DNA from: an uncultured virus (IMG/VR IMGVR_UViG_3300025767_000006)
Lineage: Duplodnaviria; Heunggongvirae; Uroviricota; Caudoviricetes
Strand: one strand, 5' to 3'
Length of the DNA stretch: 64,000 bases
Virus record (IMG/VR): IMGVR_UViG_3300025767_000006
This document shows, piece after piece, positions 9,010 through 16,745 of the stretch. Position 1 is the stretch's first letter. Every line of letters starts with the position of its first letter. The position numbers and the translations under genes are program-made. The notes under the pieces were generated by a model that did no database searches, had not been told where the DNA came from, and worked only from the letters and a program-made list of their open reading frames with translations.

Positions 9010-9044
9010 ATATATTAAATGGGATAAACCAGGGAGAATATAAA

Positions 9045-9431
9045 ATGGCATCAATGTCATTTAAAAAATTCATTATAGAGAACCGTGTTGACAATAAAGA
9101 TGATGTCAGCGAAGAACTCTCTATTCAAGGTCGTCGTAAATTAGCACGATCAGCAAAACGGCGTAAGACTCGCTTGGCCATGGCAAAGAAAAGAGCCATG
9201 AGAAGGCTAGCATCTACTAAGGTTTTAAAGGGTAGATCTCGCAGAGCAGCTCGAGCAACATTTGCAGACAAATTGGCTGGCTCAGGTAATAAAAAATCTG
9301 AAGTCTCAGTAGCTAAAAAGAAACAAATTGAAAAGCGTTTAAAGCAAGGTGGTTGGCAACAACGTATTGCTATTATGCAACGCCGCTTAATGCCAAAGAA
9401 ACGGCGCGCGGAGATTGCTAGAAAACGATGA
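9045..9431 (+). CDS. Highly basic putative internal head/core protein
   Basis: MSFKKFIIE leader, then R/K-rich helix after VSEE. Confidence 0.6.
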   Translation: MASMSFKKFIIENRVDNKDDVSEELSIQGRRKLARSAKRRKTRLAMAKKRAMRRLASTKVLKGRSRRAARATFADKLAGSGNKKSEVSVAKKKQIEKRLKQGGWQQRIAIMQRRLMPKKRRAEIARKR

Positions 9432-10507
9432 TCAGTTCATTCAAATCATATTTAATTGAAGAAGAGAAAACTCTTTATTTTGTGTGGGGTCGTATGAATC
9501 CACCAACGGCTGGCCATGAGAAATTATTAGACTTTCTTAAGCAAAAAGCTGGCAATAATCCATTTAGAATTTATCTTACTCAATCAGAAGACGACAAAAA
9601 GAATCCTATTCCATTCGTGCAAAAAGTAAAGTTTGCACGTAAAGGTTTTCCACAATATGCTCGCCAAATTATGTTAGATAAAGGTGCTAGCACACTTCTT
9701 AATCTTATGACAATTTTTCATAAAGAAGGTTTCAAAAAGGTTGTTATTTGTGCTGGCTCAGATAGAATACGAGAATACGATATTTTACTGAATAAGTATA
9801 ATGGTGTAAAGAGTAAGCATGGCTTTTATAACTTTGAAAATATTTCAGTACTTAATGCTGGTAACAGAGATCCAGATTCAAAGGGTGTTGAAGGTGTTTC
9901 AGGTACAAAACTAAGAGGCTTTGCTGAAAATGGCGATTTCACTACATTCGCGCAATATATGCCTAAAAAGCTTTCTACAGCAGATACAAAAGCTGTATAT
10001 AATGCTGTAAGAAAAGGTATTGGTCTTAAAGAACAAAACAACTTTAAAAATCACATTCAACTTGAGCCTGTTTCTGAAATTCGCGAATCGTATATGCGCG
10101 ATAATTTATTCAGTGTTGGTGAAGAAGTTGTTATTAAAGAAAATGGCATTGTAGCTACTATCGAATATCTTGGAGCTAATTATCTTATTGTAGAATCCAA
10201 GGGTGAAAGATGGCGCAAATGGTTAGACGGTGTTGATAAAGTAAATCCAGATGACATGCGTAGAGATTCATATGTTAATGCTCCATATCAAGCTCCAGGT
10301 TATGAAAACCTAATGGTTGAAAAGAAAGTATATCATAGTGGTTTAAGTAAATCTACTCAAGCCAAACGTAAAGCGCAATTTAATAAACAAGCTAAAATGG
10401 ATGACGATGATCCAGCTGCATATAAACCAGCTCCAGGCGATGCTACAGCTAAAACTAAAACAAGTAAACATACTAAAAAATTCAGGGATATATTTGGCGA
10501 TGATTAA
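9428..10507 (+). CDS. HIGH-superfamily (cytidylyl/NMN-adenylyl) nucleotidyltransferase with extra C-terminal domains
   Basis: GRMNPPTAGHEKL, KNP, AGSDR, VSGTKLR motifs; N-terminus MISSFKSYLIEE. Confidence 0.85.
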   Translation: MISSFKSYLIEEEKTLYFVWGRMNPPTAGHEKLLDFLKQKAGNNPFRIYLTQSEDDKKNPIPFVQKVKFARKGFPQYARQIMLDKGASTLLNLMTIFHKEGFKKVVICAGSDRIREYDILLNKYNGVKSKHGFYNFENISVLNAGNRDPDSKGVEGVSGTKLRGFAENGDFTTFAQYMPKKLSTADTKAVYNAVRKGIGLKEQNNFKNHIQLEPVSEIRESYMRDNLFSVGEEVVIKENGIVATIEYLGANYLIVESKGERWRKWLDGVDKVNPDDMRRDSYVNAPYQAPGYENLMVEKKVYHSGLSKSTQAKRKAQFNKQAKMDDDDPAAYKPAPGDATAKTKTSKHTKKFRDIFGDD

Positions 10508-10751
10508 TTTTAAAGAATATTTAGAAGAATCCGCGAAAGAAGGACTTAAAAATAAAGCTGCTAAATCTGGCATGCCATATGCTATTTTGAAAAAAGTCTA
10601 TGATAGAGGAATGGCAGCATGGAAATCAGGTCATCGTCCAGGAACCACTCCACAACAATGGGGCATGGCTCGAGTCAATTCATTTGTAACAAAATCATCA
10701 GGAACGTGGGGCAAGGCAGATAAAGACCTTGCAGCTAAAGTAAGAGGATAA
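10500..10751 (+). CDS. Conserved viral protein (DUF5824-like C-terminal half)
   Basis: ATG 10500; VYDRGMAAWKSGHRPG..QQWGMARVNSF; leader MINFKEYLEE. Confidence 0.7.
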   Translation: MINFKEYLEESAKEGLKNKAAKSGMPYAILKKVYDRGMAAWKSGHRPGTTPQQWGMARVNSFVTKSSGTWGKADKDLAAKVRG

Positions 10752-10755
10752 AAAA

Positions 10756-12090
10756 ATGCCATTAAAAGTATCAGACGGAATGAAAGCGTGGATTTCAGAT
10801 TTTGAAAATTCTGACGCGCCACAATTTAAAGGAAAATCAGAAGATGAGCGCCGCAAAATGGCAATTGCCGCTTACATGGATGCAAAGCGTGGCAGTAATA
10901 AAGAAGATGTTAAAGAGGCAATGACTCCTAAACAGAAAGCTGAGTTAGCAAAACAAGTTGCAGCCTTTAAAGCTAAAGGTGGCAGTGTAAAGAAGCTTGC
11001 TCCTGGAAAAGCCCAAGGTTACCATGGTAAAGATGATCCAGGTAAAGATATGCATGGCATGATGGATAAAGGTGATACTAGAAAAATTGGTACACGTAAA
11101 AAAGTCAAGTCTATGGAAGCAACTCAGGTTGACGAAATGCAGATTTATCGTGTAGGTCATAGAAGTATAAGTGGAAACGTACATGCCAAAGACGAAGATC
11201 ATGCAATGGAGATCTTAAGAAAGAAAGGTGTCAAAGGCAAGATCACTCTGACTCATAGAGGAGCAGTAAAAGATAGAATTAGGAATTCAAAAACTGGCAA
11301 GCCTATGGCATATGCACCTAATGAATCTGTGGAAGTCAACGAAATATCTATTGAAGAGAATTATGTAGTTCAAAAATATATCGGCAATAAAAAGGATGGC
11401 CCAGCAAAATCTTTCGGTGGTGATCTGAAGAAAGCCACTGCGCATGCTACTAAAATGGGCAAGGACTATAGAGTACATAAAGAGTCCACCAATGTTGATA
11501 TGCATGAAGGTTATAATATTTTCACCTTCGAAGGTGATAATCCTCCTTTTGCTGGTCCATATAAAAAAGCTGGTGAGCCACGTAAAGATAGATTTGGTAA
11601 TACCATTAAGCCATCAAACGTAGCTAGACATCTTGCTAGATCAGCTGCTCAAAAAATGGCTGATAAGCAAAAGAAAAAACCAATTCAAGCTCAAAAATCA
11701 TGTAGTGAAGAAGTTGAATTGGATGAAGCAGCAGGTGGAATGTTCTTTAAAGTATCAGTATCAGGTTTACCAGATATTGTTATGATTGGTAGATCACCAG
11801 GCGATGTTAAATCACAGCTTCGTAAAATTGTTAAACAGCCATCAATGATTACTGATGTTGAACGCATGACTAGAGCTGAAGTTAAAAAGCGGTACCGCGA
11901 TCTTGCTTTAGGTGATATGGAAGATGATGATTTGCAAACTTCTGAGTCGACTCAAGCATATTCTGCAACAATGAAGAAGCAACAATCAGATAGTGATAAG
12001 TCAATATTAAAACCAGGCGAAGCAGATAAGATTTCTAAAATTCGCCAAATGATGGCTAAAGAGCGTGAAGCTCAAAGGAAAAAGAAATGA
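10756..12090 (+). CDS. Modular putative internal head polyprotein
   Basis: Basic modules separated by acidic linkers (VKE, QVDE, VEVNEISIEE, EEVELDE) resembling prohead-protease sites. Confidence 0.6.
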   Translation: MPLKVSDGMKAWISDFENSDAPQFKGKSEDERRKMAIAAYMDAKRGSNKEDVKEAMTPKQKAELAKQVAAFKAKGGSVKKLAPGKAQGYHGKDDPGKDMHGMMDKGDTRKIGTRKKVKSMEATQVDEMQIYRVGHRSISGNVHAKDEDHAMEILRKKGVKGKITLTHRGAVKDRIRNSKTGKPMAYAPNESVEVNEISIEENYVVQKYIGNKKDGPAKSFGGDLKKATAHATKMGKDYRVHKESTNVDMHEGYNIFTFEGDNPPFAGPYKKAGEPRKDRFGNTIKPSNVARHLARSAAQKMADKQKKKPIQAQKSCSEEVELDEAAGGMFFKVSVSGLPDIVMIGRSPGDVKSQLRKIVKQPSMITDVERMTRAEVKKRYRDLALGDMEDDDLQTSESTQAYSATMKKQQSDSDKSILKPGEADKISKIRQMMAKEREAQRKKK

Positions 12091-12341
12091 AATCTTTAAG
12101 TGTAATTAGAGAAGAAAATGACGCTGCATCTCCAGATGAAGCTTCAATGGCAGAAAAGCAATTAGATTTCATCATGCATGCTGCAGATGAAATTGCAGAA
12201 CATATCGAAGAAGGTGGAGAATTTCCAGAATGGATGCAGAATAAATTAACTAAAGCACATTCTGAAATGCAATCTCTCTATTCTAATATTGATCATGGCG
12301 ATGAAGATGACGACGATGAAGATGAGGAAGACGATGATTAA
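12087..12341 (+). CDS. Acidic hypothetical protein
   Basis: MA.KQL...PEWMQNKL.KA motif, poly-D tail; leader MKSLSVIREE. Confidence 0.7.
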   Translation: MKSLSVIREENDAASPDEASMAEKQLDFIMHAADEIAEHIEEGGEFPEWMQNKLTKAHSEMQSLYSNIDHGDEDDDDEDEEDDD

Positions 12342-12501
12342 AAAATGGATTACGTCTAGACTAAACGAACGCACCACATTAGACGGTGCAGTATTAGTTG
12401 CTGCAGGAATTGCATTTTTAATTTTTAAACCGATTGCTAGTCTAGTAGCTTATGCCGCTATTGGATATGGAGCATGGACTATTTGGAAAAGGGAAAACTA
12501 A
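12334..12501 (+). CDS. Small two-TM membrane protein (holin candidate)
   Basis: ATG 12334: MIKKWITSRLNERTTLDGAVLVAAGIAFLIFKPIASLVAYAAIGYGAWTIWKREN. Confidence 0.55.
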   Translation: MIKKWITSRLNERTTLDGAVLVAAGIAFLIFKPIASLVAYAAIGYGAWTIWKREN

Positions 12502-12659
12502 TGTCTGTCAATTTGGCTAAAGATAAATTGGGTGAAGCTGCTAAGTTAATTGGTGTAGCCAAAGAAACATTTGCAAATTCTCCTGAAAAGCAAAAAAGAA
12601 TTAATCATGCATTAAGATCTATTGCTGAAGCATTAAGAGCTTTAAGAGATACTGAGTAA
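12501..12659 (+). CDS. Hypothetical protein
   Basis: ATG 12501, TAATG coupled at both ends. Confidence 0.6.
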   Translation: MSVNLAKDKLGEAAKLIGVAKETFANSPEKQKRINHALRSIAEALRALRDTE

Positions 12660-12883
12660 TGAAAAAGCTTAGAGAAATTCGAGAAGGATCTGAAACTTGG
12701 GAAGCAGGTTATGACCGTAGAGTTGTAAAGACTACTAAGCCTGAGCATAAAGAAAAAGGCTATAACTGGCGTATCAAAGGTAAAGATCGTCCTGAGATTT
12801 CTATTAAACTATATAAACAAAAGCCATCACAGGCAGAGTTCAATAAACAAATGAAAAGAGTAGCGGGGCATGAGTTTGGATAA
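12659..12883 (+). CDS. Hypothetical basic protein
   Basis: Leader MKKLREIRE; coupled ORF. Confidence 0.65.
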   Translation: MKKLREIREGSETWEAGYDRRVVKTTKPEHKEKGYNWRIKGKDRPEISIKLYKQKPSQAEFNKQMKRVAGHEFG

Positions 12884-13235
12884 GTTTAGAGATTTTGTAT
12901 TTGGATTATACGAAGGAACACATGTTCCTTTAGAGACACCAATGCTTGAAGCATCAGAAGGTCCAGAATTAAACTCTCCAAAAAGATCTGGTGGTCCAAA
13001 AAAATATGTTGTCTATGTTAAAAATGCAAAGGGCAACGTAGTAAAGGTTAATTTTGGAGATGAAAAGGGTGGCCTTTCTTCAAAGATTAACGACCCAGAA
13101 GCAAGAGCTTCATTTGCTGCAAGACATGATTGCGCAAATAAGACTGATAAAACAACGCCAGGTTACTGGTCATGTAGATTACCTCGTTATGCAAAGCAGT
13201 TAGGATTGAGTGGTGGCGGAAGTTATTTCTGGTAA
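12870..13235 (+). CDS. Conserved phage protein with ARHxC...YWSC motif
   Basis: KKYVVYV...VKVNFG...ARASFAARHDC...YWSC, putative metal-binding. Confidence 0.7.
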   Translation: MSLDKFRDFVFGLYEGTHVPLETPMLEASEGPELNSPKRSGGPKKYVVYVKNAKGNVVKVNFGDEKGGLSSKINDPEARASFAARHDCANKTDKTTPGYWSCRLPRYAKQLGLSGGGSYFW

Positions 13236-13488
13236 CCCATATATAGATGATGGGAATGTTCGAACTTTTGATGTAACTAAACCAAGCGAAGATTATGTTT
13301 GGCACAGAGATAAAGAAGATCGAATTATAGAAGTATTAGAAGGTGAAGGTTGGCAATTACAATTTGAAAATTGTTTACCTTTTCTTTTAAAGGAACATAT
13401 GAAATTTGAGATACCTAAAGGTGAATACCATAGGTTACTTAAAGGACATGATAACTTAGTAATTAAGATTGAGAAACATAATGGCTAA
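13210..13488 (+). CDS. Cupin-like protein
   Basis: WHRD.EDR..EVLEGEGW.LQ...IPKG.YHRL. Confidence 0.65.
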   Translation: MVAEVISGNPYIDDGNVRTFDVTKPSEDYVWHRDKEDRIIEVLEGEGWQLQFENCLPFLLKEHMKFEIPKGEYHRLLKGHDNLVIKIEKHNG

Positions 13489-13636
13489 AGTAAAAGCATC
13501 ACTAATGAATAAGGCTATTCATGAGCCCGTTATTAAAAAGACTAGTATTGGTGGAAGAAATACCTCTATTACTCTACAAGGCATGAATAAACATAAAAGA
13601 AGAAGCTTTAAAAAGTATAGAGGACAGGGTAGATAA
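13481..13636 (+). CDS. Small basic protein ending in YRGQGR (51 aa)
   Basis: Not in track: MAKVKASLMNKAIHEPVIKKTSIGGRNTSITLQGMNKHKRRSFKKYRGQGR. Confidence 0.7.
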   Translation: MAKVKASLMNKAIHEPVIKKTSIGGRNTSITLQGMNKHKRRSFKKYRGQGR

Positions 13637-13640
13637 TTCA

Positions 13641-13925
13641 ATGGCTGACAGTAATTCACAACGACTTGATCGTATCGAAGAAAAACTAGATAAACTAACC
13701 GAAGCAATGATATCATTAGCTCGTGCGGAAGAGCGTATTGTGAATTTGCAAGCTGATCATGAAGAAATGTATTCTAGAATTGGCAAAATTCAAACAAAAT
13801 TAGATTGTATTGAGCGTAAAGTAGAACAAAATAATAGAACCGTAGATATTATAAATAGAATAGCATATGGTTTACTGTTGGCTGTCGCCGGTTATATTGC
13901 CGATGCATGGTTTAATATTTTTTAA
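13641..13925 (+). CDS. Coiled-coil protein with C-terminal TM (XhlA/holin-like)
   Basis: RLDRIEEKLDKL heptads, C-terminal hydrophobic helix. Confidence 0.6.
   Translation: MADSNSQRLDRIEEKLDKLTEAMISLARAEERIVNLQADHEEMYSRIGKIQTKLDCIERKVEQNNRTVDIINRIAYGLLLAVAGYIADAWFNIF
13850..13857 (+). promoter_or_regulatory. T4-type late promoter
   Basis: Exact TATAAATA upstream of ATG 13939. Confidence 0.55.
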
Positions 13926-13938
13926 GACGGAGAAAAAA

Positions 13939-14526
13939 ATGTCTTTAGAAGAAGCAAAAAAATTGGATGCTGTTGGGCAAGAAGATGGCGACGTTGATAA
14001 CGATGGCGACGTTGATAAGTCTGACAAGTATCTTTTAAAAAGAAGAAAAGCAATTTCAAATACTGCAAAAGAAGATGAGCCTAAAAAGACTGGCAAAGAC
14101 AAAGAAATCGCAGTCATGAATCCTAAAAAAGAAGAAAAGAAAACAGCCACAACCGAGGGTGTACTTTCCTTTAGACAAAAACTAATGTCTGTTTTTGAAG
14201 CTAAAAAACAGCCTGCAGATTCTGGCACTGAAGCTGAAAAGATGGATTCTAAAGATTCTCCTGGCGCCAAGAAAATGCGTGATGATAATAAAGATACTGG
14301 TGAATATCATGACCTTGAAGACAAAGGACATGACGATGCAACAAAGGCTGGTAGAATTACTAAAAAGGCTCCTGCTAGATCAAATGATCAAGATACTGGT
14401 GACAAAAAGATTGTTAACCCACAAGCAAAAGTAAAAGAAGCAGCATCATTTAGCTCAATGCTTTCTAGCGTTAACAATGCATATAATTCAATGTACCAAA
14501 AGAAGGATCAAAAAGATGGCGATTAA
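13939..14526 (+). CDS. Charged putative head protein with DxDxDG (EF-hand-like) loop
   Basis: ATG 13939 with GGAG SD; EDGDVDNDGDVDKSDKYLLKRRKAI. Confidence 0.65.
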   Translation: MSLEEAKKLDAVGQEDGDVDNDGDVDKSDKYLLKRRKAISNTAKEDEPKKTGKDKEIAVMNPKKEEKKTATTEGVLSFRQKLMSVFEAKKQPADSGTEAEKMDSKDSPGAKKMRDDNKDTGEYHDLEDKGHDDATKAGRITKKAPARSNDQDTGDKKIVNPQAKVKEAASFSSMLSSVNNAYNSMYQKKDQKDGD

Positions 14527-14815
14527 AGGACCTAAAAACGCAACACCAACACTTCGTGGTTGGGTATCATCTAAAGGCGAACTTTTAAAAGCACAAAAGA
14601 TTTCTCAAGCACAACTTGATGAATACTTTGGTGCTGCTCCAGTAGCTGCTCCAGCTCCTCAATTATTAACAGAAGCTGAACCTACTATTGAAGTACCAGT
14701 AGAGCCAACAGAAGAATTGCTTATTGACCACACACTAATGCCGATTGATGAGCCAGTTGACGTAGCACCAAAGCCGGCCGCTAAAAAAACTAAAATTCGT
14801 CGCTACGGGCGGTAG
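14516..14815 (+). CDS. Hypothetical P/A/E-rich protein
   Basis: ATG 14516; PTLRGWVS..GELLKAQK. Confidence 0.65.
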   Translation: MAIKGPKNATPTLRGWVSSKGELLKAQKISQAQLDEYFGAAPVAAPAPQLLTEAEPTIEVPVEPTEELLIDHTLMPIDEPVDVAPKPAAKKTKIRRYGR

Positions 14816-14835
14816 TATTTCATATACATAATTAC

Positions 14836-15204
14836 ATGATGATATTTAATGAACTTACTGAAGAGAATTTATTTCTTTTCGCTGCTAAAAACTATTATAA
14901 ACCGCAGTTTACTGATATTGATGAATTTTATGAAGATATAAAAAGATTTAAATATATTAAGCGATTGCTTAATCGTTATATAGATCAAGGCGAGCTGGCT
15001 GAAAGATTAATACTCAATCATTTAATTGTGGTATGCAATTCTTTTACTATACCAGCCGCCTTATCTATTTTAGATCTAAAATTAGATGATAAACATTGGC
15101 CCGTAATTAAACCTTTTTTAGTTTATCTAAGATATATAAAAGACGATGAATATACTGGTATTGTTATGGATCAAACTGTCGTAAATGTATTAAGGAAAAT
15201 CTAA
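14836..15204 (+). CDS. Conserved T4-like phage protein
   Basis: ELTEENL.LFAAKNY..P, FYEDIKRFKYIKRLL.RY, RLILNH motifs. Confidence 0.75.
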   Translation: MMIFNELTEENLFLFAAKNYYKPQFTDIDEFYEDIKRFKYIKRLLNRYIDQGELAERLILNHLIVVCNSFTIPAALSILDLKLDDKHWPVIKPFLVYLRYIKDDEYTGIVMDQTVVNVLRKI

Positions 15205-15791
15205 TGGGTATTATTAAACGTGGTGCAGATTTAGTCTATGCATTTAGATTTGTTAAGATGTTAGCAACTGATTGGAAAGATTGGGATGCATTTAAAACTG
15301 GCTTAATTGATGAAAATGGTCAACGTATTAAATCGGTTAAACTAGACAATGACGAAAAAAAATCTGCATATACTCCTTTTATTCGCTTGTGTGCTAATAT
15401 TAAACGGATGCTCGCCAAAATCCCTGGTGGCGGATCAAAACTCGGGTCCTTTGCAGCTGCTTTGTATCTCATTAAAGAACAATATGGAATTAGTGACAAT
15501 AAATTGGCTAAAATCTTGTCAGAACACGACATTAGACTAGATGAAATTTTATTAGAACAATCAGAATGGTTCATTTTAAACGATCTTCAATTGTCTCCAG
15601 GTATATATAAGATTAAGGAAAATAAAATTCTAAATTCTACTTTTGAACAAATGGTTTATGCCAAAGATCAAATAAGAATTAAAGAAGATTGTTATCCTAT
15701 TGGAGATATCTTTGGTATTAGCATATATGAAGCGACACATATTAAAACAAATCAAACCATTTATATTTCAGCTAATGAGATTGTAAAATGA
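15204..15791 (+). CDS. Conserved T4-like phage protein
   Basis: Y.FRF.K.L...W..WDAFK.GLIDENG; AAAL.LIKE. Confidence 0.75.
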   Translation: MGIIKRGADLVYAFRFVKMLATDWKDWDAFKTGLIDENGQRIKSVKLDNDEKKSAYTPFIRLCANIKRMLAKIPGGGSKLGSFAAALYLIKEQYGISDNKLAKILSEHDIRLDEILLEQSEWFILNDLQLSPGIYKIKENKILNSTFEQMVYAKDQIRIKEDCYPIGDIFGISIYEATHIKTNQTIYISANEIVK

Positions 15792-15967
15792 CAAAAAAAA
15801 TTCCAACTGTCGAAACAGTTACAACTGCCGCAATTCCAAATCCAGCTGATACCGCTATGGGACCTAAAGTTACAATGACTGATGTTACAGACAAACGTCG
15901 GCGTAAAGATAAAGTTCCAGTTCTCCTTAAAAGATTCAGAAAATACGTTCAAGATTCAGATGGCTAG
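15788..15967 (+). CDS. Small hypothetical protein (59 aa)
   Basis: Not in track: MTKKIPTVETVTTAAIPNPADTAMGP...VLLKRFRKYVQDSDG; ATGA overlap. Confidence 0.6.
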   Translation: MTKKIPTVETVTTAAIPNPADTAMGPKVTMTDVTDKRRRKDKVPVLLKRFRKYVQDSDG

Positions 15968-16463
15968 ACTATATTTAATTCTCATTATTCTAGGAGTATT
16001 GGGCTCTATTGGCGCCGGTGCTTTTTGGTATTATAATAATACTCAAGAAAGAATTAAAATACTAACTGAAAATAATGCTAAACTTGAAATTGCGTTAGAA
16101 ACTAGCCAAGCTTCTATTGATTCTTTACAAGAAGATATGGCAAAATTTTCTGAATTAAACCAAAAGCTTTCGGTTGCATTACAAAAAGCGGAATCTTATG
16201 GTGATGAATTAAGATCTAAATTGAGCAAATTGAATCTTGTTGTATTAGCATTAAAAGATTCAAAGGTATTAGAAGGAAAAATGAATGGTGCTACAGCAAA
16301 CTTATGGCGCAGTTTTATGGAAGATACTGGTAATACCAATAGTCCTCCTATCCCTGAATGGCTGCAGTCTATTCCCACAGGAGCCGGAAATCAAAGTAGT
16401 GACGAAGGTGGAAAAAACCCAAGTCCCATTGATAGCCCGTCCGAAGCCACTAAGCCTAACTGA
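15960..16463 (+). CDS. i-spanin (Rz-like)
   Basis: ATG 15960; N-terminal TM then long coiled coil; overlaps a lipoprotein gene. Confidence 0.75.
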   Translation: MARLYLILIILGVLGSIGAGAFWYYNNTQERIKILTENNAKLEIALETSQASIDSLQEDMAKFSELNQKLSVALQKAESYGDELRSKLSKLNLVVLALKDSKVLEGKMNGATANLWRSFMEDTGNTNSPPIPEWLQSIPTGAGNQSSDEGGKNPSPIDSPSEATKPN

Positions 16464-16686
16464 TACAAGAGTTTTTGTTGTCACTAAAGACAATTACGAC
16501 CAATTCGTAAAAGAGTTTACCGATATTAATGGTGAACTAGTGTTTGTTGCTTTAGCAATGAGAGATTATGAAAATTTAGCTTTAAATATTGCTGATATTC
16601 GTAGATACTTGAATCAACAAACAGAAATCATTGTTTATTACGAAAAAGCTGTTACTCCTCAGCCTGATCAAAAACAAGCAAAATAA
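16285..16686 (+). CDS. o-spanin (Rz1-like lipoprotein)
   Basis: Lipobox LSLNGC, P-rich segment, overlaps 3' end of i-spanin in another frame. Confidence 0.75.
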   Translation: MVLQQTYGAVLWKILVIPIVLLSLNGCSLFPQEPEIKVVTKVEKTQVPLIARPKPLSLTDTRVFVVTKDNYDQFVKEFTDINGELVFVALAMRDYENLALNIADIRRYLNQQTEIIVYYEKAVTPQPDQKQAK

Positions 16687-16689
16687 GTA

Positions 16690-16719
16690 GTTTACATATG
16701 CAACAAAATGTTGTATAAT
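16690..16719 (+). promoter_or_regulatory. Early/middle promoter of nrdAB
   Basis: GTTTACA-17nt-TATAAT. Confidence 0.75.
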
Positions 16720-16745
16720 ATATCTTTAATTGAGGTAGGGCAGAG

